A DNA stretch of 64,000 nucleotides from Pseudobdellovibrionaceae bacterium. GTDB taxonomy: Bacteria > Bdellovibrionota > Bdellovibrionia > Bdellovibrionales > Bdellovibrionaceae. Below are positions 8,940 to 16,857 of this stretch, piece after piece. The notes under the pieces are model-generated. The model had not been told where the DNA came from. It made no database searches and saw only the letters and a list, made by a program, of their open reading frames with translations. Position numbers and translations under genes: made by a program. Position 1 is the first letter of the stretch. Every line of letters begins with the position of its first letter. Location: NCBI GenBank assembly GCA_039810425.1, contig JBDHWW010000011.1:1-64000 (forward strand), in the 5' to 3' direction.

Positions 8940-10132
8940 GATTGCTTGTATTCATCCTCGGATTGATTTTAGCCCAGAATGCGATGGCGTCAACATTTGT
9001 CGGAAACGGCGGAAATGCCGGTGATATCGAGATGGAAATCACGATGGGGCAGGCGCAAAAAAGCCTGTCCATTGTCGAAGACAATAAAGACAATGCCAGC
9101 AGCAGTCTTTGCACGTGTTCTTCGCAATTCGAAGGTCGCCCCCTGTGTGATGTTCTCAAGAAATTGACGAGTGACCAGGTTCGTTTCTGTGCACGTTTTG
9201 TATCAATGAAGGCCGGTGATTTATCACGGGTGCTCGGTGAGAAAGGCGCGCTTAGTGTTTCTTGGACTCATGATCACATCGAGGTTCAAGAGGAAGGCCG
9301 CTTGCGTGGCGCCGATGCTGTGACCGATCCAAAACGTATGACAATGACCCTAAACCAGAAACGTTTTCTTGAAATGGATCAAAACGAAAGGCTCTTCTTG
9401 GTAAGCCATGAGCTTTTCCACTTGACGACCTATCAAGGAAAAACTTTGAGTGATGAAGGCGAACTCGGGCCGTTTAAGGGCGCCGATGGTGGAAGAAACT
9501 TTATCAATGCGATGGCTGCGGCAGTTGTTATGCAGGCGAGCGACTATAGTATTTTCAGCGAATACAGAGCTGCCGAGGCCCGTTCGAAGAGTTATAAGAA
9601 AACTTATCTCAGCGTTGGTTATGCTTCGATGTCCACTCCGAACGACTCTACGACTTCGTTTGATGTGAACAGGCTGGCGGGAGCTCAATTCGGCGTTCGC
9701 TATCAGTTGACTCCTGCGTTTGGCGTAGTTGGAGGATTGTCTTTGCTTAGTGGTGATAAGACAATTATGTCGACGATCAAAGCCAAAGAAAATCGCAATA
9801 TGCTTAGTCTGGGTGCGAGTTACCGTTTCTTCCCATTTGCGAACCCGTTGACGGGGGCTGGGCAGTCACATTTGGTCCTCAGTGCGACTGCAGACCTGCT
9901 GAATGGTCAGTACCAGTATGATGAGCAGGGGCTTGGAGGAACAGCGAAGATGTCGTCTATGGGATTGACAGTAGGTTGTAACTATTTCATTCCGTTCGAT
10001 GCGGGCCTATGGGCCTATGCGGGCGTTAGTTACTCAACTCTGAATTACAGCTACAATTTGGATAATCAAGTGGATTTGAAATATAAAGATAATGGAACGG
10101 CTTTTGCTCTAGGAGTGACCTATGGATTCTAA
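8936..10132 (+). CDS. secreted protein with HExxH motif and C-terminal outer-membrane beta-barrel
   Basis: Signal peptide (AMA), VGNGG motif, HELFH at aa 158-162, amphipathic strands in the last ~180 aa ending ALGVTYGF; ATGA overlap with the upstream gene. Confidence 0.75.
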   Translation: MRLLVFILGLILAQNAMASTFVGNGGNAGDIEMEITMGQAQKSLSIVEDNKDNASSSLCTCSSQFEGRPLCDVLKKLTSDQVRFCARFVSMKAGDLSRVLGEKGALSVSWTHDHIEVQEEGRLRGADAVTDPKRMTMTLNQKRFLEMDQNERLFLVSHELFHLTTYQGKTLSDEGELGPFKGADGGRNFINAMAAAVVMQASDYSIFSEYRAAEARSKSYKKTYLSVGYASMSTPNDSTTSFDVNRLAGAQFGVRYQLTPAFGVVGGLSLLSGDKTIMSTIKAKENRNMLSLGASYRFFPFANPLTGAGQSHLVLSATADLLNGQYQYDEQGLGGTAKMSSMGLTVGCNYFIPFDAGLWAYAGVSYSTLNYSYNLDNQVDLKYKDNGTAFALGVTYGF

Positions 10133-11375
10133 AAAATTATTCGCTCTCTTTGGATTTATTTATTGTTCGGTCCTCGTGGGCTGCGGTGTTCAATTCGGTT
10201 CCGGTGCCGACGACCGGGAAAACTTTATCGGTAATCTTACAAAAGACGTTGCGGCATTGACTACGCCGGATGAGGGGCAAGCTCAGAATTTGGTGTTGTT
10301 TGATAAGCAGGTTCGCCGCATTCATCAGTTTGACTTGACCGCGATGAAGCACGTTCGTTCATTTGGTGTACGTAATCCTGAAATTCCGCACTACGTTTTG
10401 TATGGTAATGCGGGGAACTACATTGTTGATTTGTCAGAAAAAGGCATCAGTGTTTTCAACCGTTATGATCAGGTCAATCACAATCCCATTAAACTTTTAG
10501 GTAAGCCCATCTCGGCGGCATTCTTGCCAAGCAAAGGCCTTGTAATTGTGTACGATGACTTAGCCTCTGTCGGCATGTTGAAGGTTGATAGCAATGGAGA
10601 TGTCGTTAAGAAGTGGGTGGGCGGAGCGAAGATCGCGAACGGCAATACGATCGCGGCCGGTGATTTGAATTCAGGTGGTCAGTTAATTCTGGCCTTGAGC
10701 GATGGCTCTGTGGTTGTTGCGGATCCGGAAGCAAGTATGGATGCCAAAGATTGGAAGATGGCACCAGGCCATACAACACCGACGGTAACCGGTTTGTCGA
10801 ATATTACGTGGCTTGCGCCCCTCCCTAAAACACCCAGTCAGGTAATGATTCGTTCCACGGAAAAGATTTCCTTGCTGGATTTGACCTCTCAAACACTTGT
10901 TTCCAGCTACAGCATAGTTGATACGGTTTCGAAGATGTCGAAATTCAACGATCCGCATGTTGTTATGAAGAGTGGGAACCAAGTGAAGGTTGCCTATGCC
11001 GAGAGTTCGCAGATTAAAATAATGACGTTTTATATAAATACAGACAAATTGGAAGTAAACTATCTGTTAAGCACAAATCTGGATCTAACGAAGAAAACGT
11101 GGTCTTTCGTAGATACGACACAGACCTTGGATTATTGGTTTTTCAACGATCTCGATGCCGCAAAGAAAGATCGCCGTTTTGTGAGATATGACTTTAACCA
11201 AGTGCTGACAACACAGAAGTTCAATGTCGCGGATGAAGCCCAAGTGGAAATCGCGGATGATTTTATCTTTGCTTTGTTCCCAAGAGCTTTAGGATATGCG
11301 GTTCGCTATGATATCAATACGGAGCGCCAGTCGGAACTGGCACGCTTTAATCTGAAGTATATTCCGGCTGACTAG
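10122..11375 (+). CDS. lipoprotein, probable beta-propeller
   Basis: Lipobox LVGC; beta-rich repetitive strand pattern; overlaps the end of the upstream gene, AGGAG SD. Confidence 0.7.
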   Translation: MDSKKLFALFGFIYCSVLVGCGVQFGSGADDRENFIGNLTKDVAALTTPDEGQAQNLVLFDKQVRRIHQFDLTAMKHVRSFGVRNPEIPHYVLYGNAGNYIVDLSEKGISVFNRYDQVNHNPIKLLGKPISAAFLPSKGLVIVYDDLASVGMLKVDSNGDVVKKWVGGAKIANGNTIAAGDLNSGGQLILALSDGSVVVADPEASMDAKDWKMAPGHTTPTVTGLSNITWLAPLPKTPSQVMIRSTEKISLLDLTSQTLVSSYSIVDTVSKMSKFNDPHVVMKSGNQVKVAYAESSQIKIMTFYINTDKLEVNYLLSTNLDLTKKTWSFVDTTQTLDYWFFNDLDAAKKDRRFVRYDFNQVLTTQKFNVADEAQVEIADDFIFALFPRALGYAVRYDINTERQSELARFNLKYIPAD

Positions 11376-11737
11376 AACGGTTTTGTAACAGCTAGCCACG
11401 TAGCGGTTGTACCCAAGGCAACAAAAAGAATCATCAAAGGCCAGCCCATCTGGCCTTTTCTTTTAGCCACGGCAATCGCTCCGCCTAAAAGAACCCAGAT
11501 GCAAATTTTTGCAATGGCCCAATTCGGCATATTGCCCTTGAAGCCTAAACGGGCAAGCAAACCGAAGCCACCAACAAGCATGATCAACAAGCCCACGCCG
11601 TGAGTGATAAAAGCCATTTTTTTGACGCTGCCGGTGAATTGCGCGCCAGCCATTTTCAAGGTCAAAGCGGAACTCAAACCGAAAAACAAAAGCATGAGGC
11701 CGCACAGATGAAGAATTTTGTAGAACTCGTAGGTCAT
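11372..11737 (-). CDS. 4-TM membrane protein (SirB2/DUF2269-like)
   Basis: YKILHL, HGVGLLIMLVGGFGLL, W..AKI..W, KPF C-terminus; GAGGAG SD. Confidence 0.75.
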   Translation of the reverse strand: MTYEFYKILHLCGLMLLFFGLSSALTLKMAGAQFTGSVKKMAFITHGVGLLIMLVGGFGLLARLGFKGNMPNWAIAKICIWVLLGGAIAVAKRKGQMGWPLMILFVALGTTATWLAVTKPF

Positions 11738-11759
11738 GGTTGACTCCTCTTGAAGAATT

Positions 11760-12803
11760 TTATTCTTCGAAATTCAGGTGTTTGATAATCCGGCTCAATT
11801 GCTTCCGCATGTTTGGGAGTTGAACCGAGCTTGCCAAAGTTTTTAGTGAATCTTTGAGAGGTTGTAAAGGATAGCCACCGTATTGACCTGCCTCGGTAAC
11901 ATCATTTGTGACGCCCGAGAGGCCTGCGATCATCACATTGTCTCCGATAATGATATGGTCAGAGACGACGGCACTGCCTCCGGCGATAAAGTTCCTGCCA
12001 GTTTTGCTGGAGCCCGCCATCATAAAGCCGGCCGCGGTCATGCTATTGCTGCCGATGTCACAATTGTGGGCTATGTGGCACTGCTTATCCATTTTGGTCC
12101 CGCCGCGAATGCGAGTCTCGGTGAGGGCTGCGCGGTCAATTGTCGTGCTTGCGCCGATTTCAACATGATCTTCGATCACGACAATACCAATCTGTGGAAT
12201 TTTCACCGGATGTGAGTCCTTGAGCGGGACAAAGCCGAAGCCATCGGCGCCAATGGCCGCCTGCGGATGAATTTCGCAAAAAGAGCCGATTTCACAGTAT
12301 GCGCCGATAAATGCCAACGGATGGATGATGGTGTTGTGACCCACACGGGCGTGGGATTCGATCACGGCATTGGCACCGATGATGCTGTTGTCGCCAATGT
12401 GGACCTCCGGGCCGACAACGGCGCAAGGCCCGACGATGACGTTTTTACCAAGTTTTGCTGTTGGACTCACACAGGCCCGCGGATGGATGTGTTCCTCTTG
12501 CTGGAAGCGCTGGATCTTTTTGTCAAACAAAGGTCCGACCGTCGCCATTCCCAATTGGATATTGGGCGTCGTAAAGAAGCACGCATGGGCTTTCTCGGGT
12601 ATTTTAAGATTTTTGTGGGCGATGATAATGGAGGCATTCTGCTTTAATGCGAGTTCCAGTTGATCTTGTGTGCTGACGAAGGCCAAACACTCAGCGTTCG
12701 ACTGTTCTGGCGGAAGGATCTTAAGGACCTTTGCTCCGAGAGGACCCTGAACGTAGGTGAGAACCCCACCTGGAATTTCATGAATTTTTGCTGCACTAAT
12801 CAT
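11760..12803 (-). CDS. lpxD: UDP-3-O-(3-hydroxyacyl)glucosamine N-acyltransferase
   Basis: Hexapeptide repeats, [31 protein letters not shown], catalytic HIAHN. Confidence 0.92.
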   Translation of the reverse strand: MISAAKIHEIPGGVLTYVQGPLGAKVLKILPPEQSNAECLAFVSTQDQLELALKQNASIIIAHKNLKIPEKAHACFFTTPNIQLGMATVGPLFDKKIQRFQQEEHIHPRACVSPTAKLGKNVIVGPCAVVGPEVHIGDNSIIGANAVIESHARVGHNTIIHPLAFIGAYCEIGSFCEIHPQAAIGADGFGFVPLKDSHPVKIPQIGIVVIEDHVEIGASTTIDRAALTETRIRGGTKMDKQCHIAHNCDIGSNSMTAAGFMMAGSSKTGRNFIAGGSAVVSDHIIIGDNVMIAGLSGVTNDVTEAGQYGGYPLQPLKDSLKTLASSVQLPNMRKQLSRIIKHLNFEE

Positions 12804-12946
12804 AAACACCTCTTTGGTGATGCCTTGCACAAGAGAATCCTATTATTTTTTTGATGTCAAGGGACGGGGAAGTAGTATAAGTGTGCTTATGTTAAGGTAT
12901 TTTGACCATTCGTAGATCTTCTTGAGATAAGTGGAGGACATTTTCG

Positions 12947-13534
12947 ATGGCAAAGAAAGCTGCCAAAAAAGAAACTGCAAAGCCTGCCGCAAAAGCAAAG
13001 GCTAAAGCACCTGCGGCGAAAGCTGCGGCAAAATCAATAGCGAAAGCTCCGGCTAAAGCGGCTGCGAAGCCTGCTCCGGCTCCTGCGAAGGCAAAACCTT
13101 CTGCGGTGAAACCTCCTGTGAAGGTAGAAAAAGCGGGGAAGGCTGAGAAAGTCGAAAAGGCTCCGAAACCGGCCGCTCCGAAGGCGGTTGCGCCGGTAAA
13201 AACGGTGCCTCCGGTAAAAGCTGCGCCTGTTGAAGAGGAAAAGCCGGCAAAGGCTGCAAAAGCGCCGAAAGCTGAAAAGGCTCCTAAAGAAACCAAAAAA
13301 TCTAAAGCTGAAAAGCTCGCGGTGGCTGAAGGCCAAATCCGTTGGGGTGATCTCTATCAGAAATATAAGTCTGAAAAACCTCAGGTTTATAACATGTCTG
13401 CTCAATTCGAAGCCAATAGACCTATCCAGCACAAAATTTTGGGTTGGGGATATGTATTGTCGAACGAAAATGATCGCTTGGAGGTGCTGTTTGAGCAGGG
13501 GGTTAAGATGCTCATCAGTAACTATAAGTCGTAG
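12947..13534 (+). CDS. histone H1-like Pro/Ala/Lys-rich protein with small C-terminal Tudor-like domain
   Basis: About 125 aa of low-complexity PAK sequence; C-terminal HKILGWGYV...RLEVLFEQGVKML; GGAGGA SD. Confidence 0.8.
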   Translation: MAKKAAKKETAKPAAKAKAKAPAAKAAAKSIAKAPAKAAAKPAPAPAKAKPSAVKPPVKVEKAGKAEKVEKAPKPAAPKAVAPVKTVPPVKAAPVEEEKPAKAAKAPKAEKAPKETKKSKAEKLAVAEGQIRWGDLYQKYKSEKPQVYNMSAQFEANRPIQHKILGWGYVLSNENDRLEVLFEQGVKMLISNYKS

Positions 13535-13586
13535 CTATGAAAATTTTATTGCTTAGCCCCCAAATCTCACCTAAATATTGAGAAGC

Positions 13587-13805
13587 ATGGCAAAAGAAGA
13601 TTTAGCTCAGTTAGATGGTAAGGTTATCGACGCTCTCGCTGGGGGCATCTATAAGGTTCAATTGGACAACAATGTAGAAATTGCTGCAAAGTTGTGTGGA
13701 AAAATGCGCCGATTCAACATTCGCGTTGTGGTCGGCGACCGTGTGACCGTGGGTGTTTCCCCGTATGATCCGACTCATGGCCTTATCATGTACCGTCACA
13801 AATAA
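13587..13805 (+). CDS. infA: translation initiation factor IF-1
   Basis: MAKED...GKMRRFNIRVVVGDRVTVGVSPYDPTHGLIMYR. Confidence 0.95.
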   Translation: MAKEDLAQLDGKVIDALAGGIYKVQLDNNVEIAAKLCGKMRRFNIRVVVGDRVTVGVSPYDPTHGLIMYRHK

Positions 13806-13847
13806 ATCATTTGATCTCTCTCATTCGTTCATCAAAATAGAGGTATT

Positions 13848-16232
13848 ATGGATCAAGCTCTTCAGAGTTACTTATCTCGTATTGTTCCTACGGTTAACGC
13901 GAAATCCGCAGCTGCAGTGATTGAACTGGCTGGCGAAGGCGCAACCGTTCCCTTCATCGCTCGTTATCGTAAAGAAAAAACCGGCAACCTCGATGAGGTT
14001 CAGATTCGCGCGGTGATCGAAGGGCATGAAACTTACAATGAAATCGTGAAGCGTAAAGCTTTCTTGATTAAAGAAATTGGCGAGCAGAACAATCTGACTG
14101 CTGAAGTTAAGAAGCGTATTGATCTTTCTTGGGATCTTGGAGAACTCGAAGAGATTTACAAGCCCTTCAAGAAAAAGAAAAAAACCAAAGCAACGATCGC
14201 ACGTGAGGCGGGGCTTGAACCACTGGCCAGTTGGATTTGGGACATGGGTCACGGTTTATTGAAGGACACTGAGACGATGGAGATGAGGGCAAAGAACTTC
14301 CTCAACCCGACCGCCAAGATTGTTACTTATGAAGAAGCGCTTAAAGGTGCTCAAGACATCATCGTCGATAAGATTGCCAATGATGCTGATCTTCGTAAGA
14401 TTGTCAGTGCGAACTACATGGAAAAAGGTCGCGTGATCGCGAAAGCCGCGAAGGGTTTCAAGCCACACTCTAAGTTCGAAATGTACAAAGAGTTCGAAGA
14501 GCCCGTGAAGAGCTTGCTCGAGTCTAAGAGCTCCCACCGTTATATGGCGATGAGACGCGGTTGGCAGGAAGAAGAGCTTTCGGTCGATGTAAAGGGTGAT
14601 GAGGAAGCGCTTCTTAAGACCTTCGTTTCTTATGCGACCAAAAATCCAGACGATGCGATTGGCGACTTCTTGTCTCAGTGCGCGCGTTTGGCGATGAACG
14701 TTTATGTTGTTCCTTCCGTGGTGAACGAAATTCACCGCTTGTTGAAGGAAAAAGGCGACGAAGATGCGATCAAAGTTTTCGCTGAGAACGTTCGTAAGTT
14801 ATTGTTGGCTTCTCCGTATGGTCCAAAGTGCATCTTGGGTGTGGATCCTGGTTTGCGCACGGGCTGTAAGGTGGCTTTGATTGATAAGGGCGGGCATTTC
14901 ATTTCTCACACCGTGCTTTACACTCTTGGTGACAATGCTGAAGAAAAAGCGAAAGTTCTTTTCAAAGAAGTTTTGAAGCAAATCCAAATCGAAGCGATTG
15001 CGGTCGGTAACGGAACTGCCGGGCGCGAGACGGAAGTCTTCTTGAGAAAAATTCTGAAAGATTTGAAATCTGCGATTCCCGTTGTCATGGTGAATGAGTC
15101 TGGCGCATCTGTTTACTCCGCGTCTGATGTCGCTCGCCAAGAGTTTCCTGATTTGGACGTGACCGTGAAGGGCGCGATTTCGATCGCTCGCCGTTTGCAG
15201 GATCCTTTGGCGGAACTGGTAAAAATTGATCCAAAGTCGATCGGTGTCGGCCAGTATCAGCACGATGTGAATCAGTCGTCATTGAAAAAATCTTTGGAAG
15301 CTGTCGTTGAATCTTGTGTGAATAACGTGGGCGTCGATTTGAATACAGCCTCGACCGCTTTGTTGTCTTTTGTGTCTGGAATCGGCCCGGCGCTCGCGAA
15401 TAACATCGTGGAGCATAGAAAGACGAAAGGTTTGTTCACGGATCGTTCGGAACTTTTGAAGGTTCCTAAGTTTTCGGCAAAAGTTTATGAACAAGCCGCG
15501 GGGTTCTTGAGAATCCATGGCGGTAAAATTGTTCTTGATAATACCGGCATCCATCCTGAGCGTTATACTGCGGTTCGTGACATGGTTCACGAGTTGGGCG
15601 TTGCGATCCCTGACGTTGTCGGCGAAGGCGCCAAGAAATTGTTAGCGCTGAGAACGAAGTGGGCGACGTTGATTGGTGACTTTACGTTTGATGATATCGT
15701 GAAAGAGCTTGAAAAACCGGGTCGCGACCCACGCGATCCGTTCAGAGCGTTCCAGTTCCGCGATGATATCTTTGAGGTGAAAGACCTTAAAGAGGGTATG
15801 ATTTGCCCGGGTATTGTGACGAATGTCACGAACTTCGGTGCTTTCGTTGATATCGGTGTTCACCAAGATGGCTTGGTTCACATCAGCGCCTTGTCAAATA
15901 AGTTCGTGGATGACCCTCGTAAAGTGGTGAATCCTGGGGATCAGGTGAGTGTAAAAGTCCTGAAGGTTGATAAAGAGAAGAATCAGGTCTCTTTGACAAT
16001 GAGGATGGAAGACACTCCAGAACAAAGAGCACCTCGCGACGCGAAGCCCGCTCAAGGGGGCGCTCGTCGTGACGGCCCTGGTGGTGGCAGACCTCAGCAT
16101 GGGGGCGGCCCTCGCCGCGATCAACCTCGCCAAGACCGTGGTGGTGATCGCGATCCACGTGGTGGCAAACCTGCCGGGAACCCATTCAATAATCCATTTG
16201 CAGCATTAATGAAAATTAACGACAAAAAATAG
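13848..16232 (+). CDS. tex: Tex-family RNA-binding transcriptional accessory protein
   Basis: ATVPFIARYRKEKTG, GVDPGLRTGCK, ESGASVYSAS, KSIGVGQYQHDV, HhH, C-terminal S1 domain and RGG-like tail. Confidence 0.95.
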   Translation: MDQALQSYLSRIVPTVNAKSAAAVIELAGEGATVPFIARYRKEKTGNLDEVQIRAVIEGHETYNEIVKRKAFLIKEIGEQNNLTAEVKKRIDLSWDLGELEEIYKPFKKKKKTKATIAREAGLEPLASWIWDMGHGLLKDTETMEMRAKNFLNPTAKIVTYEEALKGAQDIIVDKIANDADLRKIVSANYMEKGRVIAKAAKGFKPHSKFEMYKEFEEPVKSLLESKSSHRYMAMRRGWQEEELSVDVKGDEEALLKTFVSYATKNPDDAIGDFLSQCARLAMNVYVVPSVVNEIHRLLKEKGDEDAIKVFAENVRKLLLASPYGPKCILGVDPGLRTGCKVALIDKGGHFISHTVLYTLGDNAEEKAKVLFKEVLKQIQIEAIAVGNGTAGRETEVFLRKILKDLKSAIPVVMVNESGASVYSASDVARQEFPDLDVTVKGAISIARRLQDPLAELVKIDPKSIGVGQYQHDVNQSSLKKSLEAVVESCVNNVGVDLNTASTALLSFVSGIGPALANNIVEHRKTKGLFTDRSELLKVPKFSAKVYEQAAGFLRIHGGKIVLDNTGIHPERYTAVRDMVHELGVAIPDVVGEGAKKLLALRTKWATLIGDFTFDDIVKELEKPGRDPRDPFRAFQFRDDIFEVKDLKEGMICPGIVTNVTNFGAFVDIGVHQDGLVHISALSNKFVDDPRKVVNPGDQVSVKVLKVDKEKNQVSLTMRMEDTPEQRAPRDAKPAQGGARRDGPGGGRPQHGGGPRRDQPRQDRGGDRDPRGGKPAGNPFNNPFAALMKINDKK

Positions 16233-16240
16233 GGGGCAAA

Positions 16241-16333
16241 ATGGCAGCTAAAAAGAAAAATAAAAGTGCACGTCATAAAGCAAAGAGACTTGCTACTAAA
16301 AAGAGAATGTACAAAGCGAAAATCCGTAAGTAG
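16241..16333 (+). CDS. small highly basic protein (30 aa, MAAKKKNKSARHKAKRLATKKRMYKAKIRK)
   Basis: AGGGGG SD overlapping the tex stop; ATG 8 nt after tex; fills the gap up to the terminator; tandem TAG TAG stops. Confidence 0.7.
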   Translation: MAAKKKNKSARHKAKRLATKKRMYKAKIRK

Positions 16334-16336
16334 TAG

Positions 16337-16372
16337 AAAAAACCCTCTGAGAACCAGAGGGTTTTTTGTTTT
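16337..16372 (+). terminator. intrinsic terminator
   Basis: AAAAAACCCTCTG-AGAAC-CAGAGGGTTTTTTGTTTT. Confidence 0.88.
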
Positions 16373-16622
16373 TCGCCGAGTATTGTTGGCTGTTCAGACC
16401 CTGTGCCAATATCAGGGGGAAAGGCCTCTTGCGGTTCTATACGCGTATTAGCATTCTCAGTTCAAAGATCTTCAATTTAAATGATTTGAGTTCTTAGAAG
16501 CGAAGACGACCTTAAGTCAGTTCTATTTTCATTTTTAAACTTAAAGAGTTTTGCTTGAAACACGGCAATCTGGAATTCCGCCTCGTGTGGGGCTGGGCCT
16601 GGGGGAAAAAGTATTTCCCCGC

Positions 16623-16651
16623 TAGACAATAAGGCATTTACCGGATAACGT
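16623..16651 (+). promoter_or_regulatory. candidate sigma70 promoter for leader + ABC transporter
   Basis: TAGACA-17 nt-TAACGT upstream of the leader SD. Confidence 0.5.
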
Positions 16652-16677
16652 GGAAAAATCTTTGGAGAGGGGGCACC

Positions 16678-16761
16678 ATGATTCTAGTGCAAGTCAGACT
16701 GCAAATGAAACTGCAAATTCGCATTGACGCCATGGCGGACTCTCTTCTCTCTCAGTTCTAA
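16678..16761 (+). CDS. putative leader peptide (27 aa, MILVQVRLQMKLQIRIDAMADSLLSQF)
   Basis: Strong SD GGAGAGGGGG 4 nt before the ATG; lies in the 5' region of the ABC transporter gene. Confidence 0.55.
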   Translation: MILVQVRLQMKLQIRIDAMADSLLSQF

Positions 16762-16857
16762 AGGCCTCATTAGTTCCAACTAGCGACGAACAGACCTTTT
16801 GCTTCTTTTACAATTTAATTTTTATTCGCAGTTGCTGATGGCCGCTGCGTGTCCAGA

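Noticed and set aside
11760..12803. LpxD with Gly at the acyl-ruler position, outside the bamA-lpxD-fabZ-lpxA cluster
   Set aside because: Gly at this position is common in non-enteric LpxD, and I cannot tell from this window whether this is a paralog.
12947..13330. Repetitive DNA resembling an array
   Set aside because: It is low-complexity Pro/Ala/Lys coding sequence with no repeat-spacer structure.
16266..16451. 61-aa ORF from the track
   Set aside because: It runs through the terminator and has no SD; the 30-aa ORF at 16241 fits the signals better.
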